Source of the DNA: Octopus sinensis
Taxonomy: Eukaryota
Length of the DNA: 19,203 bases
NCBI RefSeq assembly: GCF_006345805.1
Contig: NW_021824308.1
Location: 1 to 19,203 of the forward strand
Direction of reading: 5' to 3'
Shown here: in pieces, positions 1-8,501 of the stretch
Numbering within the stretch: the stretch's first letter is position 1
Layout of the letters: the number at the start of each line of letters is the position of its first letter
The notes under the pieces: model-generated
What the model saw: the letters and a program-made list of their open reading frames with translations, nothing else
Database searches by the model: none
What the model was told of the DNA's origin: nothing
Translations under genes and position numbers: made by a program

Positions 1-233
1 GGTTTCATTTCGAATTGTTTACTCTTTCATCTTCATCTTGTTTCTTAAACTTTTGTGGCTGCTTCACATTTTCGGTAGGTATTGTTTTGCCAATTTTTCA
101 TAATGATGTTGATTACAAAACAAATTCTGTTTTAGAAAAGGTAGAGGTGCGGTTAATGAACACACTTAATTTAGTGGTTTGTCTTTTCGTAGCGAAGGCG
201 AGGGTATTGTTTTCAGTCGTGTTTGTTTGTTTC

Positions 234-290
234 TTTCTTATACTCACAATTATACACAATTTGTTTCTTATACTCACAATTATACTCACA
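234..290. repeat. 30-bp tandem duplication (TTTCTTATACTCACAATTATACACAATTTG), about 1.9 copies
   Basis: Unit 234-263 recurs from 264 with one mismatch. Confidence 0.85.
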
Positions 291-342
291 AAGCTTGCCT
301 CGAACCGAAGCTATGGTAAAACACACTTGCTAAAAATTTTAC

Positions 343-396
343 GCCGTCGAATCGAACCCAGGACTTCGTACATGCAAAGCGAACTTCTTACCCATT
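343..396 (-). pseudogene. Degenerate tRNA-Ala(TGC)-like fragment (pseudogene or SINE head)
   Basis: Minus strand reads GGTAAGAAGTTCGC-TTTGCAT-GTACGAAGTCCTGGGTTCGATTCGACGGC. It has a TGC anticodon loop (plus 374-376) and a B-box GGTTCGATTC, resembling eukaryotic tRNA-Ala. The anticodon stem is mispaired and the 5' acceptor arm is missing. Confidence 0.5.
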
Positions 397-454
397 ATTA
401 TTCTTTCTATTTTTTTCCTTTGATATCGACTAAATAACAAGTATCTGACGAGTG

Positions 455-845
455 GTAGAGGCGCAATGGCCCAGTGGTTAGGGCAGCGGACTCGCGGTCA
501 TAAGATCGCGGTTTCGATTCCCAGACCGGGTGTTGTGAGTGTTTATTGAGCGAAAACACCTAAAGCTCCACGAGGCTCCGACAGGGGATGGTGGTGATCC
601 CTGCTGTACTCTTTCACCACAACTTTCTCTCACTCTTACTTCCTGTTTCTGTTGTACCTGTATTTCAAAGGGCCGGCCTTGTCATTCCTCTCTGTGTCAC
701 GCTGAATATCCCCGAGAACTACGTTAAGGGTACACGTGTCTGTGGAGTGCTCAGCCACTTACACGTTAATTTCACGAGCAGGCTGTTCCGTTGATTCGGA
801 TCAACCGGAACCCTCGTCGTCGTAACCGACGGAGTGCTTCCATCC
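455..845 (+). mobile_element. tRNA-derived SINE family A, full-length copy 1
   Basis: A-box TGGCCCAGTGG and B-box GTTTCGATTCC on a tRNA-Arg-like scaffold. Near-identical copies at 1525, 4112 and 9087. 12-bp TSD ATCTG[A/C]CGAGTG at 443-454 and 846-857. Confidence 0.92.
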
Positions 846-1076
846 ATCTGCCGAGTGACGATGGGCATCGTAGAGTAATATTATTGTTCAACACTAACTT
901 CCGGTATCGCTGAGGTCTTCTTCCTTGAATAAAATAGGAAAAACAAAGAACAAAAAGAAACAGCTTTGAGAATATAGACTATAAGGACAAAAACTAACGT
1001 GAGTATGAGCCGTGTAGTTAAGTGCTATTTTCTGGATTTCGTATATTATCATTATCATTGTTGTTTTTGTTGATGT

Positions 1077-1104
1077 TAAGGCGACGAGCTGGCAGAATCG
1101 TTAG
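1077..1104 (+). mobile_element. Isolated 5' head fragment of SINE family C
   Basis: TAAGGCGACGAGCTGGCAGAATCGTTAG matches the reverse complement of the family C 5' ends at 16697 and 18134. Confidence 0.65.
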
Positions 1105-1187
1105 TAATAAAAATAAATACGCTCTTTTAAAGCCTAGCCTAGTTAGAGTTGCCTTGGCGGATGTTTGCGCTTTCTGAGAGCTCTTGC

Positions 1188-1190
<3 letters not shown>

Positions 1191-1225
<35 letters not shown>
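1191..1225. repeat. (ATT)n microsatellite
   Basis: Direct inspection. Confidence 0.95.
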
Positions 1226-1226
<1 letters not shown>

Positions 1227-1383
1227 ACCCACTATTTCATTACAGAAGACTTACCAGATTCATGTAAATAACGTCTATGTTTTTACCTTCAGTTTAAGAA
1301 AAGAGCTAGGGATTAATAAAGGAAACAATCAGTTTATGTATCCACCTACACAAGTAAACACTTATCTCTCTTCCCCACCACAT

Positions 1384-1402
1384 CTTCTCTCTCTCGCTCT
1401 TT

Positions 1403-1438
<36 letters not shown>

Positions 1439-1450
1439 CTCTCTCTCTCT
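1384..1450. repeat. (CT)n microsatellite
   Basis: Direct inspection. Confidence 0.95.
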
Positions 1451-1524
1451 CCAGGAAAACGTTTCTTCCTGAAATGTTAGACTTCACTTATTCCTAACAA
1501 CAAGAAGTTTACTACAATGTTTAT

Positions 1525-1905
1525 GTGGAGGCGCAATGGCCCAGTGGTTAGGGCAGCGGACTCGCGGTCGTAGGATCGCGGTTTCGATTCCCAGACCGGG
1601 CATTGTGAGTGTTTATTGAGCGAAAACACTAAAGCTCACAAGGCTCCTGCAGGGGGTGGCGGTGAACCCTGCTGTACTCTTTCACCACAAACTTTCTATC
1701 ACTCTTACTTCATGTTTCTGTTGTACCTGTATTTCAAAGGGCCGGCCTTGTCAATCTCTGTGTCACGCTGAATATCCCGAGAACTACGTTAAGGGTACAC
1801 GTGTCTGTGAGTGCTCAGCCACTTACACGTTAATTTCACGAGCAGGCTGTTCCGTTGATCGGTTCAACCGGAACCCTCATCGTCGTAACCAACGGAGTGC
1901 TTCCA
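1525..1905 (+). mobile_element. SINE family A, full-length copy 2
   Basis: GTGGAGGCGCAATGG...GGAGTGCTTCCA, followed by poly(A) and (TA)n. The TSD is imperfect (AATGTTT at 1516 and 1929). Confidence 0.92.
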
Positions 1906-2208
1906 AAAAAAAAAAAATATATATATAAAATGTTTTGTAAGTGAGGGGTTTCCGCCTTATCCGTCAACAAATTAGCGGCGTAGGTGTCGGGAAATGGCTG
2001 TAATGCTTGGCCCTTTTTTGTCGTTGGTCGATAGAATTTGCAGAGACAGCAACTTAATCACCTCTGCTGTGCCTGGACCGTTTCCAAAAACAAGCGCCTA
2101 GCCCCAGGTACACTTGCTACCTCTCCACTCATGGATACGCTCCGAAGAAAAGATTATTCAATAAGTTTGCAGTTTTCATAGAGTAAGGGGAGATGCCAAA
2201 CATTGGTT

Positions 2209-2365
2209 TTCAAATTTTGGCACAGGGCCAGCAAATTCGGTGGAGGGTGTAAGTTGGTTACATCGACCCTGGTGTTCAATTTTATTGATCCCGAAAGGAT
2301 GAAAGGCAAAGCCGACCTCAGTAGAATTTGAACTCAGAATGTAAAGACGGGCGAAATGAGGGGAA
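2209..2365 (-). mobile_element. 5'-truncated SINE family C copy (tail variant 3)
   Basis: Contains the family C core (GAAAGGATGAAAGGCAAAG...GAATTTGAACTCAGAA). 14-bp TSD GCCAAA[C/T]ATTGGTT at 2195-2208 and 2366-2379. Confidence 0.8.
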
Positions 2366-2389
2366 GCCAAATATTGGTTAAGTGTAACT

Positions 2390-2666
2390 GTACATATGGT
2401 TCAATGGTTAGAGCGTCGAACTCACAATCATGTGGTAGTGAGTTCGATTCCTGGACCGGGGTGTGTGTTGTGTTCTTGAGCAAGACACTTTATTTCACTC
2501 AGCTGTAGAAATGAGTTGCGACGTCACTGGTTCCAAGCTGTATCAGATTTTGCCTTTCCCCTCTCCACGGTGGCGTGGAGAGGGGAGGCCCATATGCATG
2601 GTATGCATGGGTAAACCTTGCCCAGACTTGTGCTCGGGAGGGTAACTTTCTAAGTGCAATCCCATG
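2390..2666 (+). mobile_element. tRNA-derived SINE family E with CORE-like domain, 3' end lost in a microsatellite
   Basis: A-box TGGTTCAATGG, B-box GTTCGATTCC and the CORE-like TTGTGTTCTTGAGCAAGACACTT...CAGCTGTAGAAATGAG. Homologous to 6585-6924. Confidence 0.8.
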
Positions 2667-2800
2667 TATGTATGTATGTATGTATGTATGTGTGTGTGTA
2701 TGTATGTATGTATGTATGTATGTATGTATGTATGTATGTATGCGTGTGTGTGTGTGTGTATGTGTGCATGTGTGTGTGTATGCATGTTTGCTTGTATGTA
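2664..2800. repeat. (ATGT)n/(GT)n compound microsatellite
   Basis: Direct inspection. Confidence 0.95.
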
Positions 2801-2916
2801 TACGTTACTATAACAGAACCAGATGTCGGAAAGGTTTGGTTTCTTCATCGATCGGGCATTCGTTTGTATGTTTGGTATAATTTTTATTGCTTTTGTGTTC
2901 CTTTGCAGAAGACACG

Positions 2917-3075
2917 CTCTCTCTCTCTCTCTCTCTTTCTCTCTCGCTATATATATATATAGATATATATATATATATATATATCATTCTCACACACTCA
3001 CTCTCCTTCTCTGTTTTCCCATTTCACTCTCACTTTCTCTCTCTCTCTCTTTCTCTCTATCTATCTATTTATATC
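2917..3075. repeat. (CT)n-(AT)n-(CT)n compound microsatellite
   Basis: Direct inspection. Confidence 0.9.
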
Positions 3076-3327
3076 TCTGTGGTAACACTCTACATGGATT
3101 ATGTTGGCACTTACAACAGCTGTCTTAAAAAAAATTAATTCGGCTTGGTGATTATGTGTTATTATTCTGAGGTTACAGAGAATAACTGCAGAAAAACAGT
3201 AACATAAAATTAAATAAAACATAACTAACAAAGGACGAAATTCAAACCTAGCAAAGGTAAAGTAGAAGGATAGGAACAAAGAAAATATGTAGAATGAAGC
3301 GATTTCTTAGAAGGTACTAATGAACGC

Positions 3328-3733
3328 TATATATACACACACACATACATACATGCATATATATATACATATATATATGCATGCATGTATAAATATATAC
3401 ACATACTTGCATGCATATATATAGACATAAATTTATACAAATGTATACATATATATACATACATGCATATTTATATGTGTGTGTATATATAATATATATA
3501 TATATATATTATATATATATATATAATATACTCACACACACATATATACATATGTACGCATTATATATGTACATATATGCATGTATACACGCACACACAC
3601 ACAAGCATACCCATAAATATACTTCCATATACACATATACTTACATATATATCTATACACATCCATACATATACATCCATCCATACATACATACATACTT
3701 ACATATATATATATGTATGTATATGTATGTATG

Positions 3734-3773
<40 letters not shown>

Positions 3774-3858
3774 TATATATATATATATATATATGTACGT
3801 GTATGCGTGAATGTACATGTACAGAGACACACATATACACACATGTATATACATACTT
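3328..3858. repeat. Degenerate (AT)n/(AC)n/(ACAT)n microsatellite field
   Basis: Direct inspection. It accounts for the Y/I/H/T-rich ORFs. Confidence 0.92.
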
Positions 3859-4111
3859 GAGTGTGGGCGTTTATGACATGGGAGTTAGAAAGAAAGTTTA
3901 CCGAGAGAGACATATAGAGGGGGAGATGAGACGAAAGATAAATGCTATAAATCACCATTTAAAAGCCAGTACTGCTAACTCTACAATAAAGTCACTTTCA
4001 CTGCATACGCAAGACGGAGAATATAATACGGAAGTGGAAACTATGGATTTTTAGAATACGTACCTAGTTGACATTTTTTAATAATCGTTAAAAGCTTCAA
4101 ACTTACAGTAT

Positions 4112-4499
4112 GGTGGAAGCACTCCGTCGGTTACGACGATGAGGGTTCCGGTTGATCCGAATCAACGGAACAGCCTGCTCGTGAAATTAACGTGAAAGTG
4201 GCTGAGCACTCCACAGACATGTGTACCCTTAACGTAGTTCTCGGGGATATTCAGCGAGACACAGAGAGTGACAAGGCCGGCCCCTTGAAATACAGGTACA
4301 ACAGAAACAGGAAGTAAGAGTGAGAGAAAGTTGTGGTGAAAGAGTACAGCAGGGATCACCACCATCCGCTGCCGGAGCCTCGTGGAGCTTTTAGGTGTTT
4401 TCGCTCAATAAACACTCACAACGCCCGGTCTGGGAATCGAAACCGCGATCCTATGACCGCGAGTCCGCTGCCCTAACCACTGGGCCATTGCGCCTCCAC
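4112..4499 (-). mobile_element. SINE family A, full-length copy 3
   Basis: Reverse complement of family A. Perfect 13-bp TSD AAACTTACAGTAT at 4099-4111 and 4500-4512. Confidence 0.95.
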
Positions 4500-4675
4500 A
4501 AACTTACAGTATATTGGACCGCCGAAAAGAGGAGAAGCCAATAAGTGTACAAATATACAACCGGCTAGAAAAAGCTACCAAATCTTCCTCAGTTGTTTGT
4601 ATGGCAGTAAAGTGAGATGATTTCAAATGGGGGGTTGAAACTACACCTCAGTACTACCTTGTCTAGGATACTCTC

Positions 4676-5094
4676 TTACTCTTTTACTCTTTTACTTGTT
4701 TCAGTCATTTGACTGCGGCCATGCTGGAGCACTGCCTTTAGTCGAGCAAATCGACCCCGGGACTTATTCTTTGTAAGCCCAGTACTTACTCTATCTATCG
4801 TCTCTTTGCCGAACCGCTAAGTGACGGGGACAATAACACACCAGCATCGGTTGTCAAGCAATGCTAGGGGGACAAACACAGACACACAAACACATACACA
4901 CACACTTATATATATATGTACATATATACGACGGGCTTCTTTCAGTTTTCGTCTACCAAATCCACTCACAATGCATTGGTCGGCCCGGGGCTATAGCAGA
5001 AGACACTTGCCAAAGGTGCCACGCAGTGGGACTGAACCCGGAACCATGTGGTTGGTTAGCAAGCTACTTACCACACAGCCACTCCTGCACCTAT
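4676..5094 (-). mobile_element. tRNA-derived SINE family B with internal (TA)n(TG)n microsatellite, copy 1
   Basis: Head GG[C/T]GCAGGAGTGGCTGTGTGG with B-box GGTTCAGTCCC and an (AGTAAAAG)n-type tail. Homologous to 11405, 15246 and 16847. Confidence 0.92.
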
Positions 5095-5384
5095 TTGTTC
5101 TTATTTTAATGCCGGGGTCCTTATTTTCTTTTCATTCCATTTACCCCCTGCCAACTCTCTGGAGTCATATCCCCCACCACCACTACCACTCCCTTTTTCC
5201 CAACAATTTAAGTTTACACTTCATCCACAGCATAACAGACGATGAAGATTTTATTTAAAATAACTTTTTTTTTTTAATATTCGTATTTGAAGGTCAAATA
5301 GCAAAAAAATAAAAAATATTACACAGCAATATTATTTCATTTATTGATAGAATAATTATGAACAGATACCAGAACTAAATATAG

Positions 5385-6436
5385 GGATCTTTTCACTTTC
5401 ATCGGCAGATCGAGAAATTAATATGGCACTGATAGAATGTGCCATATAAAACATCTTTTACTCTTAGCGTTGTTGAGAAAAGTTTCTATTTACGAAGTTA
5501 TTTCATGTTAAAGTTGTCGTATTTCAGTAATTTCAACCAATTAATGACGTGTATTCAGCTGAATAAAATTACTGCTGTTGTTTGTCAACAGCAACTATCG
5601 GCGGTGTATATTTCGTTTGTCACTGTTATTTATGACATTGTTAGTGCGTTTGTACTGGTTTTAACTTTAGGGTTTTAGGGTTAGGGTTAGGGTTTTAGGA
5701 TTAGGGTTAGGGTTTTAGGATTAGGGTTAGGGTTTTAGGATTAGGGTTAGGGTTTTAGGGTTAGGGTTTTAGGGTCAGGGTTAGAGTTTTAGGGTTAGAG
5801 TTTAGGGTTAGGGTTTAGGATTAGGGTTAGGGTTGTGGTTTTAGGGTTAGGGTTACGGAAAAAAAGTTAAAATGAAATTGGAGCGGGGGTAAGGGGGCCA
5901 AAATATCTCAAAATTCCGATTTTTGGCAATTTTCTGGAATCTCCGTATCCGAAAAGCTGGGTCTTTTGCAAAAAAAAAAATAATAATAATAAAACAATTT
6001 GCGAGAAAATGGGGAGAGGAGGAAGTCTTTCCGAAAATAATAGCTGAAAAACAGGAAAAAACTAAAAAGTAGTAGAAATGCACGAACGATTATGATGGTG
6101 CCATGAAGTAAACATGCTTCAGATACACTCGTTTATTCATACAAACGTAACTGAGATGAAATATGTCATAAATAACAGTGACAAACAAAATATACACCGC
6201 CGGAAGTTGTTGTTGGCATACATAATTTTATTCAGCTGAATGCACGTCATTGATTGGTTGAAATTACTGAAATACGACAACTTTAACACGAAATAACTTC
6301 GTAAATAGAAACTTTTCTCAACAACGCTAAGAGTAAAAGATGTTTTATAAGACACATTCTACAAGTGTCCGAAGTCTGAAAGTGTTTAGTTACAAAAAAT
6401 TAATTTCTCGATCTGCCGATGAAAGTGAAAAGATCC
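5385..6436. mobile_element. Foldback/MITE-like element with ~270-300-bp terminal inverted repeats
   Basis: 5385-5654 is the reverse complement of 6140-6436 (GGATCTTTTCACTTTCATCGGCAGATCGAGAAATTAAT...), with scattered substitutions and local indels. Possible decayed 8-bp TSD AAATATAG/AAATACAA (6/8). Confidence 0.7.
5667..5855 (+). repeat. Interstitial telomere-type (TTAGGG)n variant array
   Basis: TTAGGG, TTTTAGGG and TTTTAGGA units, including a 20-bp higher-order unit x4 at 5681-5760. Confidence 0.93.
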
Positions 6437-6584
6437 AAATACAATCTTTTCCACACGGTAATTAAAAGTATGTGATACAGATCGTTCAATCGAAGACATT
6501 AGAAGGAAAAAGTTAGTTAAATTCACGTAAGCTCTTGAAGAAGCATTAGATTAAAATAACAAATTGTAAAGCAGTTATAGTGTA

Positions 6585-6924
6585 TATACATGACTCAGTG
6601 GTTCGAGAGTCGGACTCACTATCATGAAGTAGTGAGTTCGATTCCAGGACCGGGTTGTGTGTTGTGTTCTTGAGCAAGACACTTTATTTCACATTGCTCC
6701 AGTTCACTCTGCTGTAGAAATGAGTTGCATCGTTACTGGTGCCAAGCTGTATCGACGTTCGTCTTTCCCTTGGATTACATCGGTGGTGTGGAAAGTGGAC
6801 GCTGTTACGCATGAGCGACTGCTTGTCTTCCATAAACAACCTTGCTCGGACTTGTGCCTCGGAGGGTAACTTTCTAGGTGCAATCCCATGGTCATCCATG
6901 ACCGAAGGGGGTCTTTATCCTTTA
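6585..6924 (+). mobile_element. SINE family E (CORE-like), left palindrome arm
   Basis: A-box TGACTCAGTGG, B-box GTTCGATTCC, CORE-like block, 3' end CCATGACCGAAGGGGGTCTTTATCC. Confidence 0.85.
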
Positions 6925-7112
6925 CAAACGTGTAAGAGCAATGACTGTTATATTTTATCTCAGAGAAACTTCTCAAAGAGGCGTGTGCGTTGAAAGACAC
7001 AAGTTTCACTCAGAATGTTGTCAGTGGATCGTCAGATGCGGTATTTGACCACATTTGGCTTCCTCAGTGACGAACACCCCGGACATTCTGAGCAAAGCCG
7101 AAAAATATTCAT

Positions 7113-7116
<4 letters not shown>
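6925..7116 (-). mobile_element. Hammerhead-bearing repeat module (PLE pseudo-LTR-like), left-arm copy
   Basis: Mirror of 8502-8693 and homologous to 10183-10325. Contains a hammerhead-like core and abuts (AT)n. Confidence 0.5.
7029..7073 (-). ncRNA. Degenerate type I hammerhead ribozyme (family 2), mirror copy
   Basis: Exact reverse complement of 8545-8589. Confidence 0.5.

Positions 7117-7152
<36 letters not shown>
7117..7152. repeat. (AT)n microsatellite
   Basis: Direct inspection. Confidence 0.95.
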
Positions 7153-7155
<3 letters not shown>

Positions 7156-7590
7156 TAAACAGTAAAAATAATTACAGACATGGACCAAGAACATGAAAAC
7201 ACCACAGAGACGACACAAGAACACAGGACGGGACATTCGAAGCCCTCAGTCATCAGTCAAGAAACCAGATCATCTTAGCATTTCGGCTGATTAATCTTGA
7301 GATTGCTCCGATATGGCCAGCCAGCCAGGGGAAATCTAAGCCAAGCGCATTAGATCCCCTGAAGAAAGCTTCGAAGGTATACAACGCGAGGACGGAAAAC
7401 GAACGAAGTACATAAACAAAAATACAGAATACGTGACAACCAATAAGAATACAAAAACGTAAAAACATATACGGTAAAAATAAAAATAAAAAAATAATAA
7501 ACAACAAAACAAAACCAGGACGTGGGACAGGGTCTTTCGACAGGACGAGTTAAGTATGGGGCTGGCTTGTGAAGTTGTGCCTAATGGCCA

Positions 7591-7630
<40 letters not shown>
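7591..7630. repeat. (AT)n microsatellite
   Basis: Direct inspection. Confidence 0.95.
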
Positions 7631-7634
<4 letters not shown>

Positions 7635-7916
7635 TCCGTAATAATGAGGGTGAAATTAATTAATTTGAAAAATTATCAATTACACCAAGTAGTCTTCGGC
7701 ATGTAAAAAGCCTCATTCGAGGAAAATTAAGTAATACTAAGCAATAAGGGTTTAGCAACGAGTTGCCTTACCACATACCGATTTAGAAATAGCAGTCAAG
7801 GGTTATAGCTATTTCTTCTACTAAAAAGGGAGATCTCAGTAAAAACAGCATTTGGAAGGCACAAACAGGGTAGAGAGAATGAATTGACTGCAATCTATCA
7901 TACATTTTTTTAGTTA

Positions 7917-8029
7917 TCCACGGACGTACGTTCGAAATCAAGTTTTAAGGAAAGCATACGAATTAAATATTAAATATTAAATAATAAATAATTCTATCTT
8001 ACCGAAACTTCTTTTCTCTTCAGCGTAGA
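7917..8029 (-). ncRNA. Type I hammerhead ribozyme (family 1), left-arm mirror copy
   Basis: Same fold as 8180-8291 but reads GAAC instead of GAAAC. The missing A is either an inactivating deletion or a homopolymer sequencing error. Confidence 0.6.
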
Positions 8030-8179
8030 ATACTATAATCATAAATGATTATATATTGAATTTTGAGATACCAGAAGGCACCAACTCCACTCAGTATCAG
8101 AGCTCGCTCTGATACTGAGTGGAGTTGGTGCCTTCTGGTATCTCAAAATTCAATATATAATCATTTATGATTATAGTAT

Positions 8180-8291
8180 TCTACGCTGAAGAGAAAGAAG
8201 TTTCGGTAAGATAGAATTATTTTTATTTAATATTTAATATTTAATTCGTATGCTTTCCTTAAAACTTGATTTCGAAACGTACGTCCGTGGA
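8180..8291 (+). ncRNA. Type I hammerhead ribozyme (family 1) with complete catalytic core
   Basis: Stem I TCTACG 8180-8185/CGTGGA 8286-8291. CTGAAGA 8186-8192. Stem II GAAA/TTTC (G10.1-C11.1) plus AAGTTT/AAACTT. GAAA 8274-8277. Helix III with palindromic GTAC loop. GTC triplet, predicted cleavage after 8285. Confidence 0.8.
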
Positions 8292-8474
8292 TAACTAAAA
8301 AAATGTATGATAGATTGCAGTCAATCATTCTCTCTTACCTGTTTGTGCCTTCCAAATGCTGTTTTACTGAGATCTCCCTTTTTAGTAGAAGAAATAGCTA
8401 TAACCCTTTGACTGCTATTTCTAAATTCGGTATGTGGTAAGGCAACTCGTTGCTAAACCCTTATTGCTTAGTAT

Positions 8475-8500
8475 AATATATTATATATATATATATTATA
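8475..8500. repeat. Interrupted (AT)n tract at the arm-asymmetry junction
   Basis: Direct inspection. Confidence 0.9.
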
Positions 8501-8501
8501 T

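Larger units (their letters stand above)
7631..8474. mobile_element. Foldback of a hammerhead-containing element (PLE/retrozyme-like)
   Basis: Inverted copies each carry a type I hammerhead with the GAAAC-GTAC-GTC helix III typical of PLE hammerheads, and both ends abut (AT)n. No RT/GIY-YIG ORF is visible, so the PLE assignment is inference. Confidence 0.5.

Noticed and set aside
15-437. 140-aa ORF as a membrane protein
   Set aside because: TTG start, hydrophobicity explained by T-rich DNA, and it spans a tandem duplication and an antisense tRNA-like relic. No recognisable domain.
455-530. SINE heads as functional tRNA genes
   Set aside because: Mispaired stems, no acceptor pairing or oligo-T terminator, and each continues into a shared repeat body with TSDs.
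1935-2160. GC-richer island as an exon
   Set aside because: Stops in most frames, no convincing splice sites, no recognisable peptide.
2543-3958. Overlapping Y/I/H/T/C/V-rich ORFs
   Set aside because: Products of microsatellites lacking stop codons.
3930-4054. Peptide [24 protein letters not shown] as a LINE ORF2 remnant
   Set aside because: Only a faint resemblance over a short stretch, with no flanking endonuclease or RT motifs.
539-4365. Recurrent ORFs such as MVVIPAVLFHH... and MFIERKHLKLHE... as a gene family
   Set aside because: They are translations of SINE family A copies. The same applies to ORFs in families B and E elsewhere in the window.
5667-5855. True chromosome end
   Set aside because: Short, variant-rich, and flanked on both sides by complex sequence.
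7215-7400. Additional hammerheads at CTGATGA (7250-7256, minus) and CTGAAGA (near 7359, plus)
   Set aside because: No GAAA with helix III and no stem I complementarity at the required positions.
7680-7725. Hammerhead-like GAATGA-GGC...GCC-GAAG on the minus strand
   Set aside because: Both core segments deviate and no stem I is found.
8090-8120. Missed PacBio SMRTbell adapter at the palindrome apex
   Set aside because: No adapter sequence is present; the spacer is only TC. An adapter-free foldback chimera is not excluded.
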